Positions 1 through 9,377 of a stretch of 64,000 nucleotides of DNA are shown here, piece by piece. Within the stretch, counting starts at the first letter, position 1, and every line of letters begins with the position of its first letter. The notes below the pieces were generated by a model. That model was not told the DNA's origin. It saw nothing but the letters and a program-made list of their open reading frames with translations, and searched no databases. Location of the stretch: IMG/VR virus record IMGVR_UViG_3300047272_000350, positions 58,876 to 122,875 of that record. One strand, given 5' to 3'. Made by a program: the position numbers and the translations under genes. This DNA comes from a virus (taxonomy: Duplodnaviria; Heunggongvirae; Uroviricota; Caudoviricetes).

Positions 1-62
1 TTAAACTTTTTAACATACCAAAAATTGAGCCTGCCACTATAGAATTAGGAGGTAGACTACAA

Positions 63-3000
63 ATGGGTATGTATGAGTTTTTAATTGCTTACTCAGATGC
101 AGCAGGTAATGAAATATCACCATACTACTCTATCACAAATCCAATAGCGATATTTGATAAGAATAATCGTATACTTGAGCAAAAAAACTTAGCAGATAGA
201 ACAAACTTAGCTATAAGACTAGAGGTAAGCAACCTAGATAAAACATACTCTCACTATAAAGTTGCAGTAATACAGACAGCTGATATAGAGGGGGCAACTA
301 GATATTTTATAGAAGGTATACACACGATTAATGATAATACTGTAGTTTATACCACAGAACAGAATAAAGTAGCTACAAGCTTTGATAAGCTATTGATAGA
401 TCAATTAAATGTAGAAAAAGTAGAAGGTCTAACAGCCTCTAATAATATATTATTCCAATACGGTGTAACACAAAAGAAAGAAATAAACTTACAACCAGTA
501 ATAAATTTACTAGGCCAGTTTGTTCAATGGCAGACACATATAGCACCGGAAAGCTTATATGAAAATGGAGTCTTAAGCTCTAAGTTTTTAGGTTATAACA
601 GAGATGAAGTTGTACCATTGTCTATAAGATTTTTACTAGACGGAGGATACGAAACATCTTTATTTCCATTAATAAGCAGATTTGCAATACCTGGAGAAAA
701 AGACTTAGTAGTAGATCAAAGTGGTAATGGTATAAATGATGATGTCGACTCTATTATAAAAAACATACAAGCGTGTAACTCAGTAAACAGAAACCAGAAA
801 TGGCAATTTTATAATACGGCTTTTTCTGAACCGGGTTCTATATGCACAGGTACAAATATACAAACAGTACCAGTAACAGAAGACTTAACAAAAACATGTA
901 TTGTAGAAGGAGTTTACAATGTAACTGGAGATACATTTTCAATAGATATTGAAGAAGGATCAGAGTATCTTGGACTAGCACAATACATAGAGGATAATAA
1001 AGCAAATTGCCCATTAGCCTTTGAAGGCACTGACATATGTACAGCAATAAGTACAGACTACTCTACAATAAATTGTCAAACAGACATCTTTGAAGGGTTA
1101 AATTGCAATGCACCTACTTTTGTAACAGAAGTAGTAGTAGGCAATATTGTAAATGAAACAACTACAAAAATAGAAAAAGTATTTCCTTCTGAGTATGTAA
1201 CAATAAAGATGCCAAAAGTATGTACTATATATAAGATAAACCAAACAACTAATCTACCATTACAAGACCCAAGTAATCCATTAGGGTACTTTAATGTAGA
1301 TGCTTTTGAAGAAAACCCAAGAGCAGTATTTTTAAGAGATTCAGATTTTGAAAATGAAGACTGTAGTTACCCAGTAACAATACCTTTTTATGCAAACGTT
1401 GGTGATAACTATACTACAGCATCATTTAATAACTACTATGTATCTTCTGTATTAAATAACTTATACACTTCTAAGATACCACATGTTGGAGGTATATCTG
1501 GAGCTTTTACTAATAAAATACATAAAGGAGCACTTTGGTTTAAGGGTGAAATAGCAACTAGAACTAAGTTTTTACTTGATATAAGTAAAGAAAAAGCAGT
1601 TACAGCACAAGATACAATTGGACAATCTACAGCTGTAAGAGTTTCTATATTTAAAAGTTGCTCAGACACAACAGCTATATACTCAAAGATAGTCACAGTA
1701 GCATCAGGAGAAGCATTTCTTTTAGAAAAAGACACAAGTATAGCACCAAATGGTTTAAAAGTTACAGACTCATCAGGAGTAGTTACACTTATAGCTAATG
1801 GATGGCTAACAAGTAAAAAGTACTATGTAGCAGTTGACTGCCCTATTGTAAGCCTACAAATAGATACAGACCCTTCATGGAACAATGATAATATGCAAAC
1901 AGTCTATATCTCAATGCCAACAACTGGCTGTTACACAGTAACTCAAAGAGATATAGAATACAGTAGAATAGATGTATCTTGGGATTCTATTAGATTTGAT
2001 AAAAAAATAATAGCTACAGCAACTTGTACATTCCAACAACCAGTAGTTCAAAGTTGTAACGCAGTACCATATAGAAAAGGAGAATTTGCTTATTGGGAAA
2101 GTGAAGAGACATATCCAGACAATCCAGAACTTTATGATTCTAGAAGTCTAGTGATACCTCAAAATTTAATACCAATAGATATAAAAACAAAGTTTGAGGA
2201 TACATTTGTAAATTCTACAGCTAATGGCAATTACTTATTAAATACCAATGCTAACTTTACCTGTGCAAATATAAGACACTTTAAGTTTCCAGACAATGAT
2301 CTGGCACCTTTTATGTCCTATTCACAGCAAAGCCCATTTGGAAGTAGTATCATATTTCCTTTAGGTATAACAATAGATGAAAATGTAATAGCTGCATTTT
2401 TAGATGTAGCAGTTGTTAATGGGCTAATGACACAAAGTGATAGAAACAAAGTGTCAGGATATGAAATATTCAGAGGAGACATTTCTTTAGATAGAGGAGT
2501 TGTAGCTTCTGGGCTTTTATATGATATGAGAAAATACAAAGAAAATGGTAAATCAATATATTACTCAAACTACCCATTCAATAGTTACCAAAATGACTTA
2601 TTAAATGGTGGAGAAGACTTAAGCACTGAAAATGGAGTAACTTTTGGAGTATCTAATAGAAATTATACATTTCATTCACCAGAAACAGACTATTACAGAC
2701 AAGGACTTCCTTCAGAACTTAGTGTTCAAGGATATATGTTTGGTAATTCAAGAGGGCATTTTGATGAAGTCCAAGGACATCCAAAATGGGTAATACTATC
2801 ACCTGCAGCTAGAAGTCTTGCAAACACTTTAGCTACATTAGAAGTAGCAGGAGAGATTTTAATAAAAGCAGGAGAAATAACATCTAATGCCCAAGTTTGG
2901 GCCATGTTTGGAATGGCTAACGGTGTTAGTTTAGGTCTTCCAGCATTTATAGCAGCAGGAGTTGTTACAGCATTTGGTATAGCAGAAGGTATAATATATA

Positions 3001-6000
3001 AACATGGACAATACAGATACCAATGGTTAAAAATATTTAGAGACTTTGGTAGCCCACAAAACTTTGCATACTATTATTATGCAGAGGGTTACTACAACTA
3101 TCTGACAACTTCTCAACAAGACGGAAATAGATTAAGAGGTCTACACATATCAAAATATTTGAATGATGGTAGATTCGTAACTACAAATGAAGTTACAGGA
3201 GAAAGGCTTAACATTAATAATATTGATAGAGAAAGATCTGTATTACTATCATTTGGGGATATGCCTATAACTTATCCTAACACCAGCTATAGAACATATG
3301 ACAAAGGTGCAGATGCCAGTATCACTTTTCAATCAGCAGCAGGTTTTAGCACAGCAGGTAGAAGCCCAGAGGTAGTAAGAAATGTAGCATCTCCGTATGT
3401 TGCAATAAAAAATTACTTACCTACTCAATATGGAACTATAAACTCTATAAAATGGCTATCTACAGGGTATGTTGGAGATCTTAAAAACGCAACTTCTGGA
3501 TGTTTACCAATATTTGGTGGGGATACTTATATTTCAAGACATACGCTAAAAAGAAAAATGCCATTGTTCTTAGTAACTGCAATGAAACAAGCAGATTTAA
3601 CACCTTATAATTACTTCTTTTATAGTAATATAGGCAGAAATCCTACATTCTATTGTAGCTATGAGCAGAATAAAGATTTTTCTGACGGAGGTAAAGCTTT
3701 TCCAGATATTGATAGTGATTATTCATTTGATAATGGTTATAGCTCAGGTAATTATATAGTACCACCGTCTAAATTTTATTTATACTACTATGGTATAACT
3801 AACTTCCTAGCAGAAACTAGAATTAATACTAACTATAGATACGCAGGTAAAGAACAAAATAGAAACTTTTATCCATTAGTAGGAGACTTAGGAGCATGGA
3901 CACAAGAAGAGTCAGTCTCTATTAGAGAGCCTAACGTATTTTTATACAACTCAGAGTACTCTAAACAAATATCGTTAACTAGAAGAAGAACACTTTCAGA
4001 CACTTATGAAAGAGCATTCAATGAGTGTACTCAAGATATGCCAAATGGTATAATCTCTAGTTTACCAGACAGTACTGAAAACTCTTTATATGACCCATGG
4101 TTAATTTATAGACCATTAGATATTTTTGAATTTCCATCAAACTATGGTAAGTTAAAAGACATAATTGATATTGAAGGACAAGCCATCTTAGCTAGATTTG
4201 CAAATACCTCTGTTTTGTACAACAAAGTAGATAGCAAGATAGATGATGGATCTAGTCCGGTAATGTCGTTGCTTGGAGGTAATTCATTCTTCCAAAGAAG
4301 ATCTACGTCTTTCCATAACACTAGACTAGGTTATGGAGGTACACAAAACTTTACCTTTGTATCAAATGAGTTTGGACACTTTTTCGCAGATGCAAAAAGA
4401 GGACAAGTAATAATGGTACCATCAAATGGAGAAGGCATGTTAGAAATATCTGCTATGGCAGGAGACAAAGCTAGTGGAATGAGAAACTGGTTTAAGGAAC
4501 ACTTACCATTCAAGATGTTAGATTATTTACCTAATGTAGATATAGACAACCCATACAATGGTCTTGGACTTACAATGGGGTGGGATAGTAGATACAGAAG
4601 AGTCTTTATAACTAAGAAAGATTACATTCCTAAGAACCCTTGTATACAGTATGTTGAGGGACAAGGGTTTGTAATAGATGAAACTTTATGTAATGGAGAA
4701 GAGCCTATAGAGACATGTCCAGAGGGTTATGAGTTAGTAGATGGCTATTGTCAATTATTGACAGTAGGTCTAGACTTATGTCCAGAGGGTTACACGTATG
4801 ACCCAAATCTTGAAACATGCACTCTTGTAGAAACAGTAGAAGCAACATGTATATGTACAGCAGATGTTTTTGCAAACCCACAGACTATTTGCAGCAATGG
4901 TATGGCAAGTATATCACTAACAAGTACAGAGCCTGGTATTTCTTATACATGGACAGCTGTTCAATCAGGGGTTACTGGAGCTACATCAGGAAATGGCAAT
5001 GTAATAACACAAATACTGGTAGGATCAGGTACAGTGACTTATACCATAACACCTTTTGAAACAATAAGTCTATGTCAAGGAGAGCCAGTTCAAGTAGTAG
5101 TTACAGTAAAACCTACACCAAATGCTACAGCTACTCCAGCTACCCAGACAGTACAATCCGGTGATAGTTTTACAATAAACTTAACTAGTGATATAGTCGG
5201 AACAACTTTTGATTGGACAGTAGTTAATACAGGAGTTACAGGTCCAATAAGTGGATCAGGCAACACTATAACAGCAATAGCAACAGGGGCAGGTAATGCA
5301 ACATATACTATTATACCTACTTTTGACGGATGTAGTGGACCACCGATACAAGCAGTAGTTAATGTACAATCATCAGGTATTACAAACACTACTGAGATTA
5401 ATATATGGTTTGATGGTTCAGGTTCTATGGCTAGTACATTACCGCCACTACAAACCATGAAAGATACACTGTTAAAAAACTGTATAGGACCTATTTATGG
5501 ATACGATCCATTAGTTCCAGGAAGTGACGCATTATATAATACTAGAGTAAAGGTAATAAGCAGAAATGATGAAAGATTTTTATTGTGGTTAGCTACAGGA
5601 CGTAATTTTAGTAGACCTTTTGATCTTACAGTGACTCAAGTAATCAACCTAACATTTGCAGATGAATCGGATGTTTATGGATATGGACAATCAACAATAC
5701 CGTTTGATAACACAACTAGAACAGGTACATATGATACAGACCTTTCACAATTAAGATCACAACTAATAAATGTACCTGGAATAAGAGGAGTTGCTTTTAG
5801 AGTAAGTACTTTAAACAACGAGTATGTTGGCTTTAGAGGGTTAACAAGAGCAACTTTTGTAAATGACGGTGATTATGCACCTCCATTTAATATCAGTGAC
5901 TTCCCTAACTTAATGGGTTATAATTTAGATGTAAACGCAGGAGACATACCTGATTACTACTTACAGTTAATAAGAACAGCTTTAAATAACTTAGGTTTAA

Positions 6001-6029
6001 ATATAGCTCCTTGCCCACCAACACCTTAA
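63..6029 (+). CDS. Giant virion structural protein (1988 aa). Putative tail fibre / receptor-binding protein with tandem Ig-like beta-sandwich repeats and EGF-like CPEGY cysteine motifs.
   Basis: Uninterrupted 5.9-kb ORF. Two tandem ~95-aa repeats near the C-terminus (nt ~4842-5115 and ~5120-5390) share a conserved pattern: ...LTS...G..Y/F.WT.V..GVTG..SG.GN.IT......G..TYTI.P......C.G.P.Q.VV.V. CPEGY-ELVDGYC / CPEGYTYDP Cys motifs lie at nt ~4711-4800. The function call rests on architecture only. Confidence 0.6.
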   Translation: MGMYEFLIAYSDAAGNEISPYYSITNPIAIFDKNNRILEQKNLADRTNLAIRLEVSNLDKTYSHYKVAVIQTADIEGATRYFIEGIHTINDNTVVYTTEQNKVATSFDKLLIDQLNVEKVEGLTASNNILFQYGVTQKKEINLQPVINLLGQFVQWQTHIAPESLYENGVLSSKFLGYNRDEVVPLSIRFLLDGGYETSLFPLISRFAIPGEKDLVVDQSGNGINDDVDSIIKNIQACNSVNRNQKWQFYNTAFSEPGSICTGTNIQTVPVTEDLTKTCIVEGVYNVTGDTFSIDIEEGSEYLGLAQYIEDNKANCPLAFEGTDICTAISTDYSTINCQTDIFEGLNCNAPTFVTEVVVGNIVNETTTKIEKVFPSEYVTIKMPKVCTIYKINQTTNLPLQDPSNPLGYFNVDAFEENPRAVFLRDSDFENEDCSYPVTIPFYANVGDNYTTASFNNYYVSSVLNNLYTSKIPHVGGISGAFTNKIHKGALWFKGEIATRTKFLLDISKEKAVTAQDTIGQSTAVRVSIFKSCSDTTAIYSKIVTVASGEAFLLEKDTSIAPNGLKVTDSSGVVTLIANGWLTSKKYYVAVDCPIVSLQIDTDPSWNNDNMQTVYISMPTTGCYTVTQRDIEYSRIDVSWDSIRFDKKIIATATCTFQQPVVQSCNAVPYRKGEFAYWESEETYPDNPELYDSRSLVIPQNLIPIDIKTKFEDTFVNSTANGNYLLNTNANFTCANIRHFKFPDNDLAPFMSYSQQSPFGSSIIFPLGITIDENVIAAFLDVAVVNGLMTQSDRNKVSGYEIFRGDISLDRGVVASGLLYDMRKYKENGKSIYYSNYPFNSYQNDLLNGGEDLSTENGVTFGVSNRNYTFHSPETDYYRQGLPSELSVQGYMFGNSRGHFDEVQGHPKWVILSPAARSLANTLATLEVAGEILIKAGEITSNAQVWAMFGMANGVSLGLPAFIAAGVVTAFGIAEGIIYKHGQYRYQWLKIFRDFGSPQNFAYYYYAEGYYNYLTTSQQDGNRLRGLHISKYLNDGRFVTTNEVTGERLNINNIDRERSVLLSFGDMPITYPNTSYRTYDKGADASITFQSAAGFSTAGRSPEVVRNVASPYVAIKNYLPTQYGTINSIKWLSTGYVGDLKNATSGCLPIFGGDTYISRHTLKRKMPLFLVTAMKQADLTPYNYFFYSNIGRNPTFYCSYEQNKDFSDGGKAFPDIDSDYSFDNGYSSGNYIVPPSKFYLYYYGITNFLAETRINTNYRYAGKEQNRNFYPLVGDLGAWTQEESVSIREPNVFLYNSEYSKQISLTRRRTLSDTYERAFNECTQDMPNGIISSLPDSTENSLYDPWLIYRPLDIFEFPSNYGKLKDIIDIEGQAILARFANTSVLYNKVDSKIDDGSSPVMSLLGGNSFFQRRSTSFHNTRLGYGGTQNFTFVSNEFGHFFADAKRGQVIMVPSNGEGMLEISAMAGDKASGMRNWFKEHLPFKMLDYLPNVDIDNPYNGLGLTMGWDSRYRRVFITKKDYIPKNPCIQYVEGQGFVIDETLCNGEEPIETCPEGYELVDGYCQLLTVGLDLCPEGYTYDPNLETCTLVETVEATCICTADVFANPQTICSNGMASISLTSTEPGISYTWTAVQSGVTGATSGNGNVITQILVGSGTVTYTITPFETISLCQGEPVQVVVTVKPTPNATATPATQTVQSGDSFTINLTSDIVGTTFDWTVVNTGVTGPISGSGNTITAIATGAGNATYTIIPTFDGCSGPPIQAVVNVQSSGITNTTEINIWFDGSGSMASTLPPLQTMKDTLLKNCIGPIYGYDPLVPGSDALYNTRVKVISRNDERFLLWLATGRNFSRPFDLTVTQVINLTFADESDVYGYGQSTIPFDNTTRTGTYDTDLSQLRSQLINVPGIRGVAFRVSTLNNEYVGFRGLTRATFVNDGDYAPPFNISDFPNLMGYNLDVNAGDIPDYYLQLIRTALNNLGLNIAPCPPTP
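4842..5390 (+). repeat. Tandem in-frame duplication encoding two Ig-like ~95-aa repeats inside the 1988-aa gene.
   Basis: The two blocks align with conserved LTS, W-T-V, GVTG, SG-GN-IT, TYTI-P, C-G-P-Q-VV-V columns. Confidence 0.6.
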
Positions 6030-6039
6030 AAATTAAAAA

Positions 6040-6972
6040 ATGAATTGTACTTGCCCAGAAGGATATGAATTAACACCAATACAAGTGTTCCCATTTCAGG
6101 AATGCACAAAGATAACTGTACTAACAGATATTCAGTGCCCTGAAGGGTGTACACTTGTATTGACACAAGACGGAAATGCACACTGCAACTGTTTAGAGGT
6201 AGTGGAGCCAATATTGACTAATGTAGTAGTACCAGTAGAGATAAACCCAAATGACTTTGAAGATGTATCTTGGACAGTTGCGTATTCACCAGTATTAGGA
6301 TCTTGGATGAGCTTTTATAGCTTTAAGCCAAACTATTACATAAATCATAACAACTACTTCCAAACAGGTATGAATGTAACCTCAGACTACTCGGAATTTG
6401 GTTTATGGTCACACTTACTTACAAACAAATCTTACCAAGTATTCTATGGTAAAAAACAACCATTTACAGTAGAGTACCCAATAAAAGAGGAATTTGTAAC
6501 TAAGACTTTGAACAATGTTCAAATATGGACGGAGGCAAAAAGATACCACAATGATTATGACTACGCTACTAGTATAGGATTAACATTTAATAAATCTATG
6601 ATATATAATAACATTGTATGTTCAGGAAATATTAACTTAATACCGGAGAAAACAAAAACGGCCAATTCAAAAAACTATCCTAAAACTAATACAAACGGTA
6701 CACAGGATATTATGATAACAAATCCAGATGGATTTAAATGGAACTACGATTACTTTTACAATAGAGTAAAAAGCAATACTAACAATATTCCATTTTTACT
6801 ACAGGATAAGAATCAGATAGATAAATTTGTGAATAGCAATGCCGTAAGCTTTAAAGGAAAAGCACTTCTTGAAAGAATGGTAGGGGATTGGTTCTTAAAC
6901 AGAATTACATACGACAAAGATAGTAGATATAGCATAGCTTTAAAGTTCACTCTCAATGAGTCAGATATTTAA
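6040..6972 (+). CDS. Hypothetical virion-associated protein (310 aa). Its N-terminus repeats the CPEGY/CPEGC cysteine motif seen in the preceding giant protein.
   Basis: ORF starts 11 nt after the stop of the 1988-aa gene, in a different frame. N-terminus: MNCTCPEGYELT...QCPEGCTLV. Confidence 0.55.
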   Translation: MNCTCPEGYELTPIQVFPFQECTKITVLTDIQCPEGCTLVLTQDGNAHCNCLEVVEPILTNVVVPVEINPNDFEDVSWTVAYSPVLGSWMSFYSFKPNYYINHNNYFQTGMNVTSDYSEFGLWSHLLTNKSYQVFYGKKQPFTVEYPIKEEFVTKTLNNVQIWTEAKRYHNDYDYATSIGLTFNKSMIYNNIVCSGNINLIPEKTKTANSKNYPKTNTNGTQDIMITNPDGFKWNYDYFYNRVKSNTNNIPFLLQDKNQIDKFVNSNAVSFKGKALLERMVGDWFLNRITYDKDSRYSIALKFTLNESDI

Positions 6973-7000
6973 CTAATTTTGTAAATTAAATAATTTTTCT

Positions 7001-7008
7001 TAATTTTG
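7001..7008 (+). promoter_or_regulatory. Bacteroidetes-type -7 promoter box TAATTTTG(CC) upstream of the 7043 operon.
   Basis: Matches the TAnnTTTG -7 consensus of Bacteroidetes sigma-A promoters. A second copy lies at 6974-6981. Confidence 0.45.
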
Positions 7009-7042
7009 CCACTAATATAACTAGTGGCATAAAGCTTATAGC

Positions 7043-9361
7043 ATGGCAGGAACAGACAATTCATATAACGGATATTTATCAAAAGTAAAGGGATCAGAGA
7101 GTGGTGGGGATAAGTATGCAAAAAATCCTAGAAGCTCTGCATCAGGACTGTATCAATTCACTAAGAGTACTTGGCAAGGATTGGGTTATAATTGGAAAGA
7201 TAGATTTGATGTGAATTTGCAAAATGAGGCTATGGCTAAATTAACTAGCAATAACTCAAACTATTTAAAGTCAAAACTAGGAATAACACCTACAGATGCA
7301 GATTTATATGGAGCTCATTTTTTAGGCCCACAAGGTTATGCATCAGTATATAAGACTTCAAACAATACACCATTATCTAGTGTATTATCTCAAGGAGTTA
7401 TTTCTGCAAACCCTTTTTTAAGTGGAAAAACAACAGGTGATTTAAAAAACTGGTTATCTAAAAAGATGGGTAGCGGAACTTCTACAGGAGATACTCAAGA
7501 CTGGCAACAGTATGGAGTAGACACTTCTATTAATTTACCAACCAATACCGGAGAATATCAAACAGCACCAGACGTAATTACTTCTAAAGAGGATTTAGAA
7601 GCAGAGCAGGCAAAAGCAGAATTACTAGAAAAACAAAGAGAAAAAGATTTCTTAGCAGAAGTTCAAGCTAGACAAGAACAAACTACAGAGCTAAGACAGC
7701 AACAAGAAGAACAGTTACAACAAGATCAAGATTATGAATTAGATCCTTCATACTATCAAGTTCCACAAATAGAGCTACCTAACTACGAAGCTATAAAATA
7801 TCAACAAGCACAAAATCAAGCACAAATATCACAAGACGAATTTCAAATTGGAGGAAAGAAATACTCAGAACAAAAGGGTAGGTTAGTTGTAACTACAAAA
7901 GTAGTTAATACACCAAATGGACCAAGATACTATCAGGCTCAATCTCCAGATTATAGTTTTTCAAGAGAGTTAACAGACGCTAAAAGAGTTGGTGATTCAA
8001 TACCAAAAGTTAAATTAGATCCACATATAATTGAAGCTTTAAATAGAAGACAAGATGGTGGTGAAAAAGACTCACAATATAAAGACGGAGGATCAATACC
8101 ACAAAGATACAAAAACATGGGGTTTACTCATGTAGGTCAAAAAAAAGCAGGGGATGGTCAAAAGAAGTGGAAAGTATTAGCTAAAAAAGGAGACAAGTAC
8201 AAAGTTGTACAAGGAGGTTATAGGGGAATGCAAGATTTCTCACAGCATGGCTCTAAGAAAAGACAAGATAATTTTTGGAGTAGAATGGGAGGAAGAGATT
8301 CAGCTAAAGCTAATGATCCATTCAGCCCTTTATATTGGCATAAAAGACTAGGTAAGTGGGAAGATGGTGGAGAGATGAAAGGAGAAGTAGAATGTACTAA
8401 CTGCGGTTGGTCATGGGATAAATCTGAATCTACTGAAAAAGACATGTATAACTGCCATAAATGTGGTGGAAAAAGTACAGGAGAAGCAGTATCACAATAC
8501 CAAGAAGGGGGTAATTTTGACCCAAACTCAGCAAGAGATATGTGGGTAGCTAAAACAGGAATGTCTTGGAGTGAAGCAAAGAACCTTGGTTACACAGATG
8601 GTTCAAGAGAGTCTAATATAGAATTACTAGATCAACTAAGAGATAAAAATTTTAAAATAAAAAGTAATAAAAAAATGGATACAGAAAATACTAATGAGTT
8701 TTTTCCTCAAGTGCCTATTAACCCACTATGGGATAGAAAGCCACCTGTAACTAAAAAATCTGTTACTGCACCTGTAAGAAAGGCTAAAAAGGATATAAAA
8801 AAAGTTGACCCTTTAGCAACACTCATTAACTTTGCATCAGGTAATACGGGTAATACTCAGAACCTACAAAATGGAGTTATAACAGATAAAAGAAGTAACA
8901 CTAATTATGTAGTAGAAAATGGAGTAGTAACAAGAACTTTCCCAGTCTTAACAGCTTTAAACCCAGACCAAAACGTAAATGATAAAGGCGTAGTTTACTT
9001 AGACTCTCATCCAGAATCTAGAGGTACACCTAGAGGTGCATATGTAATGGATCCTAAAGAGGACATCTATGGAGAGCCTGGTTTTAGGATAAACCCTATA
9101 CCAGCTTTTGGACAACCAGCACCAAAAGCAAAGGATATAGCATTGCATGTAACATATCCAGGGGAGTTTAAACAAAGAAACCCATTGTATACACAAGAAG
9201 CAAATAAAAGATACGCAAGCTATGGATGTGTAAACTGTAGAAAACCGGACATTAAATATCTAACAGATAGATTTAAAAAAGGTGATACAACTATAGTTAT
9301 AGACTCAAAAAATAGAAAAGACGCAGAGTTTTTAGGAAGAAAGTTATTTAGTAGAAAATAA
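7043..9361 (+). CDS. Virion internal/ejection protein with an N-terminal SLT-type lytic transglycosylase motif and a C4 zinc ribbon (772 aa).
   Basis: N-terminal GSESGG...SSASGLYQFTKSTW matches the E-S catalytic motif plus the G-L-(M/Y)-Q box of family-1 lytic transglycosylases. Zinc ribbon: CTNCGW...CHKCGG. The central region is Q/E-rich and coiled-coil-like. A ~45-aa module is shared with the next ORF. Confidence 0.55.
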   Translation: MAGTDNSYNGYLSKVKGSESGGDKYAKNPRSSASGLYQFTKSTWQGLGYNWKDRFDVNLQNEAMAKLTSNNSNYLKSKLGITPTDADLYGAHFLGPQGYASVYKTSNNTPLSSVLSQGVISANPFLSGKTTGDLKNWLSKKMGSGTSTGDTQDWQQYGVDTSINLPTNTGEYQTAPDVITSKEDLEAEQAKAELLEKQREKDFLAEVQARQEQTTELRQQQEEQLQQDQDYELDPSYYQVPQIELPNYEAIKYQQAQNQAQISQDEFQIGGKKYSEQKGRLVVTTKVVNTPNGPRYYQAQSPDYSFSRELTDAKRVGDSIPKVKLDPHIIEALNRRQDGGEKDSQYKDGGSIPQRYKNMGFTHVGQKKAGDGQKKWKVLAKKGDKYKVVQGGYRGMQDFSQHGSKKRQDNFWSRMGGRDSAKANDPFSPLYWHKRLGKWEDGGEMKGEVECTNCGWSWDKSESTEKDMYNCHKCGGKSTGEAVSQYQEGGNFDPNSARDMWVAKTGMSWSEAKNLGYTDGSRESNIELLDQLRDKNFKIKSNKKMDTENTNEFFPQVPINPLWDRKPPVTKKSVTAPVRKAKKDIKKVDPLATLINFASGNTGNTQNLQNGVITDKRSNTNYVVENGVVTRTFPVLTALNPDQNVNDKGVVYLDSHPESRGTPRGAYVMDPKEDIYGEPGFRINPIPAFGQPAPKAKDIALHVTYPGEFKQRNPLYTQEANKRYASYGCVNCRKPDIKYLTDRFKKGDTTIVIDSKNRKDAEFLGRKLFSRK

Positions 9362-9377
9362 AATTAATAAAAATATA

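Noticed and set aside
838-1047. Short antisense ORFs nested inside giant + strand genes. Examples: 838-1047 (-), 1436-1735 (-), 5090-5458 (-), 23268-23636 (-), 27483-28259 (-, 258 aa), 31018-31404 (-).
   Set aside because: They are entirely contained in much longer ORFs on the opposite strand. They show low-complexity S/L/F-rich translations typical of shadow frames in AT-rich DNA, and have no promoter boxes.
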